The notes under the pieces were generated by a model. It was not told the DNA's origin and searched no databases. It saw nothing but the letters and a program-made list of their open reading frames with translations. DNA of 64,000 nt from the NCBI GenBank assembly GCA_963974445.1, contig CAXBDI010000004.1, positions 1,068-65,067 on the forward strand, given 5' to 3'. A program made the translations under genes and the position numbers. Numbering within the stretch: position 1 is the first letter of the stretch; the number at the start of each line of letters is the position of its first letter. Of this stretch, positions 7,946 to 17,505 are shown piece by piece. This stretch comes from an uncultured Alphaproteobacteria bacterium. GTDB lineage: Bacteria; Pseudomonadota; Alphaproteobacteria; Bin95.

Positions 7946-10708
7946 CTATTCGGCCGCGATGGCCGGTGTGGTCCCGACGTTCGACAAAGCTGCGTCGGTA
8001 AAGATGCGCAGGCCCAGTTCCGGCCGGTAGCCGTGGATCTCCGTTACATCCAGTGCGCGCATGAACGCCAGGATGCCGGGACTGATGACCTGGCCGGGCA
8101 CCAGGATGGGGAAACCCGGCGGGTAGGGAATGATGAAGGACGCCGACACCAACTCCCGCCCGTTCGCCATCGCCTCGTCCATGGTTCGGTCGGACAATGG
8201 CATGTAGTCGCAGTTTTCCTCGTTGTAGGAGAGGAAAAACGCGGTGCGGATATCGCCTTCCGGCGTCTCCCCGGGCGAGCGGAAGGCGTCGTGGAAGCGG
8301 CTGAAGTCCGGCAGTGGCGGCACGTCGACCACCAGTGACTTAACCCGGCGGTCGAACGCCAACCGCTCCATCCGGCTGGCGTCGTCGAGCAGGTCGTCCA
8401 AGTCCTTCGCAACCTCGACCAAGACTTCGATCAGGTAGGCAACCGACGAGCGGGTCGTGCCGATGTTCGTCATGAACAGCACGGAATTGCGCGACGTCTT
8501 GTTGATCTGGATGCCGTATTTGTCCATCAAGATCTGAGTCTTAAACGTGTCGCCATCCCAGCCGGTGCCGCCGACCGCCAGCGTGATGCGGGTCGCATCC
8601 AGCACAAATTCGTCGTTGGTCCACGACTCCCAAATATCGGTCCAACCCTGTTGCGGGTCGTAATAGCTGGTGACGCCGCTTTCGCGGTACTCCTCCGGGA
8701 TCATGTCGCCGGCGGTCAGAACGCGGAAATACTTCTTCAGCAGCGGGTGAATGGCGATGGCGCGGCGCAGCGACATCGCGGCCTCGACCTGATGCTGTAC
8801 GAACTCGAAGCCCTCCAACTCCACCTGCCGCCGCCCGACGTCGAGCGATGCGATGATCTGATAGTTGGGGGAGGTCGAGGTGTGGGTCATATAGGCCTCG
8901 TGGAACGACTGCTCCACCTCGCCCTTGAAATCCTGATCGTTGACGTGGATCATCGAGCCCTGACGCAACGAGGTCAGCGTCTTGTGGGTCGATTGCGTCG
9001 CATAAACCCGAACCCGCGCATTCGGCGGCGGAATCAGGCGGGTGTTGAGCAAGGTTTCTTCGTCCGCGCCCTCAAGCTCCGCCTGTTGCGCCTCGTAAGC
9101 CGCCGCATGCTCCGGCGTCCGCAGCCGGGTGCGCAGCGTGTTGGCGGTGTTCATGCCGGTGCGCTCGCGATAGGTCGGGTTGAACCGGGCGAAGGCGAAC
9201 CAGGCCTCATCCCACAGGAATACCAGATCTCGCTTGATCGCCAGGCATTCCTCCATCACGCGCTCGACGTTGTAGACGATGCCGTCGAACGTGCAGTTGG
9301 TCAGCAGCAGCATCCGCACCCGATCCAGCTTGCCCTCCGCCTTCAGGCGCAGCAGCTTGCTCTTGATCTCGGTCAGCGGCACCGCGCCATACATGGAATA
9401 GGCGTCGAGCGGATAGCTTTCCAGGTAGACCACTTGGGCGCCCGACAGCACCATGCCGTAGTGATGCGATTTGTGGCAATCGCGGTCGACCAGGACGATA
9501 TCGCCTGGCCGCACCACCGCCTGCACGACGATCTTGTTGCAGGTCGAGGTGCCGTTGGTGGCGAAGAAGGTCTGCTTCGACCCAAAGGCTACGGCCGCCC
9601 GCTCCTGCGCTTCCTTGATCGGTCCATGCGGCTCCAGCAAAGAATCCAGGCCGCCGGAGGTCGCAGACGTTTCCGCCAGGAAGATGTTGGGCCCGTAAAA
9701 CGCGCCCATATCCTGAATCCAGTGGGAGCGCGTGATGGATTTGCCACGGCTGATCGGCATGGCATGGAACACGCCGGTCGGCTGCTTGGAGTATTCCTTC
9801 AACGCATTGAAAAACGGCGTCTTATGACGGGCCGCAACACCGCGCAGGATGTTGAGATGCAGTTCCAGGAAATCCTCCTGGTTATAGAACACCCGGCGGC
9901 AGAGCCCCAGATCGAGCCCGGCGACGTCCTCGACCGAGCGGTCGGTGATCAGGTAGGCGTCGAGCTCCGGCCGGATTTTGGCGATCTGGCGGCAGAGTTC
10001 CGGGCCGTAATCCTGCGGCGCCAACTCGTCAATGTCTTCGTCCTGCATCCGCGTCAGATAGCGCTGCAGGATCGGCAGTTGGTTTTCGGACTTCAGCGTC
10101 AGCCCGGGCCGGACGATGACAGCCTGAATATTATGGTTGAACAGGATGGCGATCAGCGCGTCTTCGAAGCTGGGCGTCACCACCGCCTCGTAGGTGAAGG
10201 CGTCTTCCTCGCGCCGTATCCGGGCCAGGCTTTGCCTTTGAAAGCGTTCCTGATAATCGGTGACCTGGTCGACGATCAATATCTCGAAATATGGCTTTTG
10301 CAGCGCCCGCGACTCGATGGACGCATGCAGGTCGTCATCGGTTTCCTCGTATTCATTGTCGCTACGGCCCAACGGCACAGAGCGCCGGCGATACGTGCCG
10401 GACGTCAGGGCGCGGGCGATGCGGCGGGTTGCGAACGCCAGGTCGTCGAAATTGCGGTTTTCCAACAGCTTGCGCAGATGCTGGAAGGCGGCCCGACCCG
10501 GAAAGGCCCAATACATTTCGATGGGCGCCAAAGACTCCAGCAGCGCTTGCGCCTTGGCAAAGCTGGTCTTCGATTTCGCGGGTTTCTCGTCGCTGAGCCG
10601 AACCAGGGTTTCGCAGGTCTCGCGCAAGGTGCTCCAGCGGTCCTGGCGCAACTGCACGGCACTATAGTAGTCGCTCAGGGACGCTTCCGTCCCCTTCATC
10701 GAATCCAT
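7946..10708 (-). CDS. Orn/Lys/Arg decarboxylase-family PLP enzyme (fold type I), unusually long at 920 aa with an extra N-terminal domain.
   Basis: It has a wing-like region (KPYFEILIVDQVTD…) and a PLP major domain (…FFATNGTSTCNKIVVQAVVRPGDIVLVDRDCHKSHHYG…, …ATQSTHKTLTSLRQGSMIH… with the PLP-Lys). About 140 aa precede the wing domain with no assignable function. Confidence 0.75.
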   Translation of the reverse strand: MDSMKGTEASLSDYYSAVQLRQDRWSTLRETCETLVRLSDEKPAKSKTSFAKAQALLESLAPIEMYWAFPGRAAFQHLRKLLENRNFDDLAFATRRIARALTSGTYRRRSVPLGRSDNEYEETDDDLHASIESRALQKPYFEILIVDQVTDYQERFQRQSLARIRREEDAFTYEAVVTPSFEDALIAILFNHNIQAVIVRPGLTLKSENQLPILQRYLTRMQDEDIDELAPQDYGPELCRQIAKIRPELDAYLITDRSVEDVAGLDLGLCRRVFYNQEDFLELHLNILRGVAARHKTPFFNALKEYSKQPTGVFHAMPISRGKSITRSHWIQDMGAFYGPNIFLAETSATSGGLDSLLEPHGPIKEAQERAAVAFGSKQTFFATNGTSTCNKIVVQAVVRPGDIVLVDRDCHKSHHYGMVLSGAQVVYLESYPLDAYSMYGAVPLTEIKSKLLRLKAEGKLDRVRMLLLTNCTFDGIVYNVERVMEECLAIKRDLVFLWDEAWFAFARFNPTYRERTGMNTANTLRTRLRTPEHAAAYEAQQAELEGADEETLLNTRLIPPPNARVRVYATQSTHKTLTSLRQGSMIHVNDQDFKGEVEQSFHEAYMTHTSTSPNYQIIASLDVGRRQVELEGFEFVQHQVEAAMSLRRAIAIHPLLKKYFRVLTAGDMIPEEYRESGVTSYYDPQQGWTDIWESWTNDEFVLDATRITLAVGGTGWDGDTFKTQILMDKYGIQINKTSRNSVLFMTNIGTTRSSVAYLIEVLVEVAKDLDDLLDDASRMERLAFDRRVKSLVVDVPPLPDFSRFHDAFRSPGETPEGDIRTAFFLSYNEENCDYMPLSDRTMDEAMANGRELVSASFIIPYPPGFPILVPGQVISPGILAFMRALDVTEIHGYRPELGLRIFTDAALSNVGTTPAIAAE

Positions 10709-10759
10709 TCGATGCCCTCCCGTATATCGGATATACGAGCGGGTCCGCGACCAAAGGAC

Positions 10760-11701
10760 CTACTCAGAGATCAGAGAGTAGTCGGGTTCGGCGCCTATTG
10801 CAAATTCTGTCTCGCCCGGCGGCCGGATACCGATGCCGCGGACCTCGCCCTGACGCGGCATCTCAAGGGGACCTAGAGACTGCAGATAGCTGTCGGCGCC
10901 GCTCGCCCGGTCGTAGATCGGAAAATCCGATTCGCGGTCGCGGAAGCTCTTCAGCACCTGGCCCAAGCCCATGATGCCGGTTTCGCGCTGGCGGCGCACC
11001 AGATCGAAGTCGACTTCGACCGGGAACATATCCTCCTGCCCCGCCGATTGGTGGAGGACGTGAGAGGTCGGCGCCACCACGCACGACCGGCCAACGCCGC
11101 CGGCGCCGAGACCGTTCACGTCGATGACATAGCACTGAAACTGTGCCGCAGTCGCACGCGCAATCGCCAGTTCGGCGTCGCGGTCGACCGTCCCGGTCAG
11201 AACCGGGTGCAACAGCACCTCGACACCCTGCGACGTCAGTTGACGGGTGGTCTCAGGGAACCAGATATCATAGCAGATCGACAGACCGAAACGCCCGACC
11301 TCCGGCACATCGAAGATACAGAATTCGCTGCCGCCGGCGACCTCCGCCTCATAGGGGCGGAACGGAAACATTTTCCGATACCGTGTCACCACTTCGCCCG
11401 TCGGCGAGATTACGCTGGCGGTGTTGTAGATCCTGCCGTCCTCCGCCTTCTCGAACATCGAGCCAGGCAGCAGCCACACGCCATACTGGTGCGCCATCGC
11501 CTGGAACTTCGCCTCGGCCTCGTTCGGAAACGGCTGGGCGTAGCGCGGCAACGGCCCATAGGGGGCGAGTTCACTAAACAGGACCATCTGTGTCCAGGGA
11601 AAGCGCGCCATCAACACGTCGAGGCGATGCTGCATCGCCTCGATATTGTCGTGAAGGGCCGAAACGTGCATTTGCACGCCCGCGATAGCAAAGGGTGTCA
11701 T
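10760..11701 (-). CDS. Carbon-nitrogen hydrolase (nitrilase superfamily) amidase/acyltransferase.
   Basis: The E-K-C triad context is present (…FSELAPYGPL…, …RYRKMFPF…, …FGLSICYDIWFPE…). The start is set at MTPFAIAG (11701), which has a GGAGG Shine-Dalgarno 7 nt upstream. The track ORF extends to 11758. Confidence 0.7.
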   Translation of the reverse strand: MTPFAIAGVQMHVSALHDNIEAMQHRLDVLMARFPWTQMVLFSELAPYGPLPRYAQPFPNEAEAKFQAMAHQYGVWLLPGSMFEKAEDGRIYNTASVISPTGEVVTRYRKMFPFRPYEAEVAGGSEFCIFDVPEVGRFGLSICYDIWFPETTRQLTSQGVEVLLHPVLTGTVDRDAELAIARATAAQFQCYVIDVNGLGAGGVGRSCVVAPTSHVLHQSAGQEDMFPVEVDFDLVRRQRETGIMGLGQVLKSFRDRESDFPIYDRASGADSYLQSLGPLEMPRQGEVRGIGIRPPGETEFAIGAEPDYSLISE

Positions 11702-11926
11702 GGAAAAGCCTCCAAGGCCGGCAACGTCCGCACCGTAAAATGGCGCAGTCGAACGCAATCAATCTAGGTGGCGATTCTTTACCCCAGAACAATCGCCGCC
11801 ATTGCCGCAGAGCCGAGCAAGGCCTACAGGCGGCTCGCAATTTACTGACAACAAGGGGGGGCTGGTGAAGTATGGCGGCGAGAGTTTGAACCGAAGCCCT
11901 CTTGGCCTTTGCTGCACAGAAGACAT

Positions 11927-12002
<76 letters not shown>

Positions 12003-12083
12003 ATGCCAATGGGTGCGCCACCCATCTGGTCCGGTGGCGCGGAAGGCAGTTTATGCGGCGGCTGGCCAGGCAAAGTCAAGCGG

Positions 12084-13640
12084 CTATTCCCGCTTTTGCG
12101 CCTGCCCCAGAACCCAGGCCGGCAGCAGCGCGAACAGGAACACGGCCGCCAACGCCAGGAAGCTATGTTGAAAGGCAAAACCCTGGGCTTGCGCCTGCAC
12201 CATCTGCCCCAAAAAGTCCAGCGCGACGCTCTGGCTGACCGCGCTGTCGATCCCGCTCGGCACCAGCAGGCGCTGCACCGATTCCAGCAACACTTCGCTG
12301 GTGCCATTCGCTGCCGTCTGCGTCGCGGTCAGGGCCTCGGAATAGACGAGGGTCTGCATTTGCAGCCAAACAACGATCAGGTTGGTGCCGGTGGCCCCTC
12401 CCAATTGCCGCAGGAAGTTCATATTGCCGGAGCCTTTCGGCAGTTGCGAGGGCGTCAGCGCCTTCAGCGCCGATGCGGACAGCGACGGCAGAATGAACGC
12501 CAGGCCGCCGCGGCTGATGGCGGCGAACCCGGCAAAGGTCCAGAACCCGGTGTTCACGTCGCTGGAGATCATCAGGGCCGTTCCCAGAGAGAACGCAGAT
12601 AGCCCCATCATCACCATGATATAACCCGGCAACCGATCGGCCAACCGCCCGGTGAAGGGCAGCATCGCCGCCAGCAACAGCGCCGCCGGCGCCAGCACCA
12701 TGCCGGCTCTGGTCGGAGTGTAGCCTTGAACTTGCTGAACAAATACGGGAATCACATAGCCGGAAGCGAAATTGCCCAAGCCGAAGACGAAGGCGACGAG
12801 CACCGCCGCGCTGAAAACCGGATTTCGGAACAGATCCACCGCCAGCAAGGGCGTCGAACTGCGCATTTGCCACCAGATGAACAGGCCGCCGCTCAGCACC
12901 GCACCCACCGCCAAGGCCGTCACATGGTCGCTGGACCAGCCGAACCGCGGCCCATTCGCCATCGCGGTCATGCCGCAATACAACGCAATGCTCAGCAAGC
13001 CATAGCCGGCCCAATCGAACCTCGGCAAGCGCTCGGCGCGCGGCGGCGACGGCATAAAGATCAGGCCGCCGACAATCGCCAGCGCCACCAGCGGCAGCGG
13101 CAGAAAGAACATTGCCCGCCAACTGAACGCATCGATGGCGATGCCGCCCAGCGCCGGCCCTAGGCCGGGGGCGAGCACCATGCCAGTGCCGAACACCCCC
13201 ATGGCCGTGCCGCGCCGGTCGGGCGGAAAGACCTGGAACACCGTCGTCATGACCAGCGGCTGGATGACCCCGGCGGCAAAGCCTTGCACGACACGGCCGA
13301 CAATCAGAACCTCGATGCTGGGCGCGGTTGCGGAGATGAACGAGCCCACGACAAACAGGCCAAGCATCGAGACATAGGCCATCCGCTGTCCCAGCGCGCC
13401 GATCATCCAGGCGTTGAGCAACTGGCTGGCCGTCATCGTCGCCAGGAACGCCGTCGCCATCCATTGCGCCTGGCTTTGGCCGATGCCGAACGCCCCCATG
13501 ACGTTCGGAACAGCGACATTGACCAGGGTCGCGGTCATCATCACCGACGTCGCACCCAGCAGGCCCGCCGCCGCGACGAACCAGCGGTAGTTGGGGCCGA
13601 AGCGCTCGAACAGGGCTTCGACCGTATCGTGCTGGTTCAT
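12084..13640 (-). CDS. MFS transporter, DHA2 (EmrB/QacA-like, 14-TMS) drug:H+ antiporter family.
   Basis: 518 aa with 14 predicted hydrophobic spans and the DHA2 motif region (…GRVVQGFAAGVIQPLVMTTVFQVFPPDRRGTAMGVFG…). Confidence 0.8.
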   Translation of the reverse strand: MNQHDTVEALFERFGPNYRWFVAAAGLLGATSVMMTATLVNVAVPNVMGAFGIGQSQAQWMATAFLATMTASQLLNAWMIGALGQRMAYVSMLGLFVVGSFISATAPSIEVLIVGRVVQGFAAGVIQPLVMTTVFQVFPPDRRGTAMGVFGTGMVLAPGLGPALGGIAIDAFSWRAMFFLPLPLVALAIVGGLIFMPSPPRAERLPRFDWAGYGLLSIALYCGMTAMANGPRFGWSSDHVTALAVGAVLSGGLFIWWQMRSSTPLLAVDLFRNPVFSAAVLVAFVFGLGNFASGYVIPVFVQQVQGYTPTRAGMVLAPAALLLAAMLPFTGRLADRLPGYIMVMMGLSAFSLGTALMISSDVNTGFWTFAGFAAISRGGLAFILPSLSASALKALTPSQLPKGSGNMNFLRQLGGATGTNLIVVWLQMQTLVYSEALTATQTAANGTSEVLLESVQRLLVPSGIDSAVSQSVALDFLGQMVQAQAQGFAFQHSFLALAAVFLFALLPAWVLGQAQKRE

Positions 13641-13806
13641 CGGCGGGATTCACGCGCCCGGCGCGCACTGCTTGGCGAAACAAAGGCTTCGGCATTGTTG
13701 CCCGTCTTGCGCCAATCGGCAAGCGGGCTTGCAAAATCGCTGGCGCGTCCGCCGAAAAAACATCCCGGACGAGCCGCGCATCGCGTCAGAGCGCTTTGGC
13801 TTGGCG

Positions 13807-14607
13807 CTACAGCCCGCGCTCGGCCAGCCACTCCAGCACATGGCGGGCTCCGCCATGCTCGAACAGGTTTACATGGCCTGCCTCGTCCAACAGGACAAAC
13901 CGCTTCGGCTCCGGCAATTCGCGGAACAGCCGTTTGGCGTGAGAGATCGGCACGGTCTTGTCCATGCCGCCATGCAGCATCAAGACCGGCGCGGTCATGG
14001 CCGACGCGATGGCCATCGAATCCCAGCGGTCCTTGATCAGCCGCGCCGTTGGAAACATCGGATAACGGGCCTGCGCCATATTGGCGGCGCTGTCGAACGC
14101 CCCCTCCATCACCATCGCCCGCGGCCGGACCCGCAATGCCAGTTGCAGGGCAACGCTGCTGCCCAGCGACTCGCCATAATAGACGAGCGGCGCGTCGGGC
14201 GCCTGGCGCGCCAACCAGTCGGCGGAACTCTGCGCATCCTTGACGATGGCGGCTTCGCTCGGCCTGCCAGCATTGCCGCTATAGCCGCGGTAGGCGGGCA
14301 TCAACAGGCCATAGCCGGCCTTGGTGAACTCTGTGAACTTGTTGGCCCGGCAGGCCAGCGGCCCGGCATTGCCATGGAAATACAGCACCACCGGACGCCC
14401 GTCCGCCGGCGGCATCCACCAGGCCAGCAGCGACAGGCCGTCATAGGTCTCGATCCGAACCTCGGAGACGCCGGTCAGGCCGATGGCCTGCGGCGAGTCC
14501 GTTGGTTCGGAGCCCGGATACATCAGTCTGCCTTGAAAGGCGTACATCAACCCCAAAGCACCGCTATACGCAGCGCCGGCCGCCAGAGCGCCAGTCCAAA
14601 GCATCAA
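13807..14607 (-). CDS. Alpha/beta-hydrolase fold protein (BEM46/S9-like serine hydrolase).
   Basis: 266 aa with a nucleophile-elbow GESLG (…VYYGESLGSSVALQ…) and a C-terminal His region (…LDEAGHVNLFEH…). Confidence 0.7.
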   Translation of the reverse strand: MMLWTGALAAGAAYSGALGLMYAFQGRLMYPGSEPTDSPQAIGLTGVSEVRIETYDGLSLLAWWMPPADGRPVVLYFHGNAGPLACRANKFTEFTKAGYGLLMPAYRGYSGNAGRPSEAAIVKDAQSSADWLARQAPDAPLVYYGESLGSSVALQLALRVRPRAMVMEGAFDSAANMAQARYPMFPTARLIKDRWDSMAIASAMTAPVLMLHGGMDKTVPISHAKRLFRELPEPKRFVLLDEAGHVNLFEHGGARHVLEWLAERGL

Positions 14608-14634
14608 TATCGTCCGTCTTTTAATGGATCGTCC

Positions 14635-15495
14635 TTAGTGATGGATAAAAATTGGGACGGGGCAGGCGCGAAGCAACTGCTTTGTCACCGAGCCGACAAT
14701 CAATTGGCGCCACAATGAGCGATTGCTAAACGCGCCCATCACCAACATGCCCGCATTCATGCTTTCGACGGTGTTCAAGATGGTTTGCGCGATCTCGCTC
14801 GATGCCTGCAACGCGTGCTTGGTGACGCTGACGCCATGGCTTTCAAAGTAAGCGGCACCGCGAGCTGCCAGCAACTGCGCCTTGTCATCGTCTTCGTCGA
14901 TGGACAGCACGTGTATCCTCTCGCCTTTACCCAGGCCCATCAGATGGAACATCTGCATGGCCCGGCTGGCGGGTATCGAGCCGTCGAACGACACCACGAC
15001 GCCCTTGCCGGGCAGCGGTGCGTTCGGTGGGATCATGATCACCGGCCGCGGATTGTCGCGCAGCAACTGCTCCACCTCGTCGCCGATATCCTGCCCGTTG
15101 ACGCCATGAAAGTTGGTATCGCGGCCGATGATAATCAGGTCGTGCCGGTCGGCTTCGTGCGCGATCTGTTCCGCCGGCACACCTTCCACCTCGACGGCCC
15201 GGGCCGGCACGCCCTCCTTGCGGCAGTAGTCGCGGAATTCGGAAATGCGCTTGTCCAACTCGCTGCGCTGCTTGGCCAGCATCTTTTCATCGCGGTGGTC
15301 CTTGTAGTGACCGCCGCCAATCGGCATGGCCATCGGCCGGGTCACCCATGGCGTATCCAGCACGGCAATACCCGTCAGCTCCGCGTTGTACCGCTTCGCC
15401 AAGGTCACGGCATAGGCCTGAGCGCGAACGCTGGACTCGCTGGTATCGACTGCCACCACCATGGACTTGATCATCTTCGTGCGCTCCTTAGCCAT
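14635..15495 (-). CDS. Universal stress protein, tandem UspA domains.
   Basis: 286 aa with two Usp-like halves (…MVVAVDTSESS…LIIIGRDTNFHGVNG… and …VVVSFDGSIPASRA…LVMGAFSNRSLWRQLIVGSVT…). Confidence 0.75.
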   Translation of the reverse strand: MAKERTKMIKSMVVAVDTSESSVRAQAYAVTLAKRYNAELTGIAVLDTPWVTRPMAMPIGGGHYKDHRDEKMLAKQRSELDKRISEFRDYCRKEGVPARAVEVEGVPAEQIAHEADRHDLIIIGRDTNFHGVNGQDIGDEVEQLLRDNPRPVIMIPPNAPLPGKGVVVSFDGSIPASRAMQMFHLMGLGKGERIHVLSIDEDDDKAQLLAARGAAYFESHGVSVTKHALQASSEIAQTILNTVESMNAGMLVMGAFSNRSLWRQLIVGSVTKQLLRACPVPIFIHH

Positions 15496-15635
15496 GCCGG
15501 GCTCGTTGAGGGATATTGTTCAGGCTATCATATGCGACAGGCGAGGCGTATGGGCAAGCCGCCGCTGGCGTTTCCGGTGACCAACGGCTAGCTTTTGCGC
15601 TTCTTGTTTCACTCGTGCCGGAGCCTGTACCGCCC

Positions 15636-16685
15636 ATGAACGCGATGAATGTCCTGTATTTCGACTATGTCATGGACCCGGTGTTTCTGGAGATGCTGGA
15701 GGCCGACGGCGGCTTCGCTATCGACCGCCGCACCCTGGCAGCGCCCGAGGTAGAGAATCTGGCCGCACTCAGCAACACCCACGTCTATCAGATCAGTTCC
15801 GCCAAGGACGAGTTGCCCAAGGTGTTTTGGGGCAGTGCGGCCTTGTTCGAGCGCTGCCCGAACATCCTGCTACTGTCGACCTATGGTGCCGGCTATGACG
15901 TCTGCGATCTGGAGGCAGCCACGGCTGCCGGGGTTGCCGTCGTCAATCAGGCCGGCGGCAACCGCGAGGGCGTGGCCGAGCACGCGCTCGCCATGATGCT
16001 GACGGTCGCCAAAAAGCTGATCCAGGCCGACCGCGCCACCCGCCGTGGCGGTATCACCGACCGCACCGCCTTCAAAGGCATCGAACTGCAAGGCAAAACC
16101 GTCGGCATTATCGGCATCGGCCATGTCGGCGAGCGGCTGGCCGCCATGTGCCGCAGCCTGTTCGACTGCCGCATTCTGGCCTTCGACCCCTACCTATCCG
16201 CCGACCAGATCGCCGCCAAGGGCGCGGAAAAGGTGGAGAGTTTGCAAGAACTCGCCGCCGGCAGTGACTTCATCTCGCTCAACTGCCCGCTGACGCCCGA
16301 AACCCGCGGCATGGTCGATGCGAGTGTGTTCGAGGCGATGCAGCCCGGTGCGATCTATGTCGCCACCGCCCGCGGCTATATTCACGATGAGGCAGCCCTC
16401 GCCTCGGCCCTCAGCTCCGGCCATCTTGCCGGCGCCGGCATCGACGTCTGGGATACGGAGCCGCCGCCGACCGACCATCCGTTGCTGGCGATGGATAACG
16501 TTATCCTGTCGCCGCACACCGCCGGCGTGACCTTCGAGAGCCGCCGCAACATCGCCAAAATCACCGCCGAGCAACTGATCGCCATCCGCAATGGCGAAAA
16601 GCCGCCGCGCCTCCTCAACCCGGAGGTCTGGCCCCGGTTTCGAGAGCGCTTTGAAGCAGTCTACGGGCAACGCCCGGCAGACTAA
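15636..16685 (+). CDS. D-isomer-specific 2-hydroxyacid dehydrogenase (PGDH/GyaR-like), NAD-binding.
   Basis: Rossmann motif GIIGIGHVGERLA and the catalytic region (…ISLNCPLTPETRGMV…, …DVWDTEPPP…LSPHTAG…). The start is taken at the internal ATG (MNAMNV). The track ORF begins upstream at 15516. Confidence 0.8.
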   Translation: MNAMNVLYFDYVMDPVFLEMLEADGGFAIDRRTLAAPEVENLAALSNTHVYQISSAKDELPKVFWGSAALFERCPNILLLSTYGAGYDVCDLEAATAAGVAVVNQAGGNREGVAEHALAMMLTVAKKLIQADRATRRGGITDRTAFKGIELQGKTVGIIGIGHVGERLAAMCRSLFDCRILAFDPYLSADQIAAKGAEKVESLQELAAGSDFISLNCPLTPETRGMVDASVFEAMQPGAIYVATARGYIHDEAALASALSSGHLAGAGIDVWDTEPPPTDHPLLAMDNVILSPHTAGVTFESRRNIAKITAEQLIAIRNGEKPPRLLNPEVWPRFRERFEAVYGQRPAD

Positions 16686-16711
16686 CAGCCTGCCGCGTCG
16701 CCGAACCCGCC

Positions 16712-17371
16712 CTAGCGGTGCGCCACCAGATCGAGGAACTCCCGGCGCATCACCGGATCGGTCTTGAAAACGCCGCGGGTGCAGGTCGTCAATGTGTCGG
16801 CGCCGGGCTTGTGTACGCCGCGGGTCGTCATGCACATGTGCGCCGCCTCGATCAGCACGGCCACGCCCTTGGGCTGCAGCACGTTGTTGATGGTATCCGC
16901 GATCTGGGCTGTCAGGGTTTCCTGCACCTGCATCCGCTTCGCGAACGCATCGACGACCCGCGCCAGCTTGGAGATGCCGACGACGCGCCGGTCGGGCAGA
17001 TAGGCGACGTGCGCCCGGCCGATAATCGGCACAATGTGGTGCTCGCAATGCGACTCCACCCGAATGTCGCGGACGATGATAATTTCGTCGTAGCCGTCGA
17101 CCTCCTCGAAGGTACGGCCGAGGATATCGACCGGATCGTCATTGTAGCCGGCAAAGAAATCCTGCCACGCGCCCACCACACGCTTCGGCGTGTCGATCAG
17201 GCCCTCGCGGTTGGGGTCTTCGCCGATAAAGGCAATGAGCGTGCGAACGGCCTCCTTCGCCTCTTCCTTACTCGGGCGCCGGCGGGAGGCCGGGGAGGTG
17301 CGATCGTCGGCCATCTGCGGCTCCTCTGCGTACGTGCCGGCAGGCGCCGACGTGTCTATTCTGTCCATCAT
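16712..17371 (-). CDS. folE: GTP cyclohydrolase I.
   Basis: Conserved core …[20 protein letters not shown]…[22 protein letters not shown]…[17 protein letters not shown]…. The start ATGATG is preceded by GGAGA. The track ORF extends to 17416. Confidence 0.85.
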   Translation of the reverse strand: MMDRIDTSAPAGTYAEEPQMADDRTSPASRRRPSKEEAKEAVRTLIAFIGEDPNREGLIDTPKRVVGAWQDFFAGYNDDPVDILGRTFEEVDGYDEIIIVRDIRVESHCEHHIVPIIGRAHVAYLPDRRVVGISKLARVVDAFAKRMQVQETLTAQIADTINNVLQPKGVAVLIEAAHMCMTTRGVHKPGADTLTTCTRGVFKTDPVMRREFLDLVAHR

Positions 17372-17505
17372 ATTTCTCCGCGCTGCCGGACCGCACCACA
17401 TAATCGACGGTCCCACAAATTACGTCCATTCCAGTAGGTTGGATCACTCGCAACGCGAGCCGTTCGATGCTGTGACGAACCTGATACGCACAGAGGCGCC
17501 CAGCC

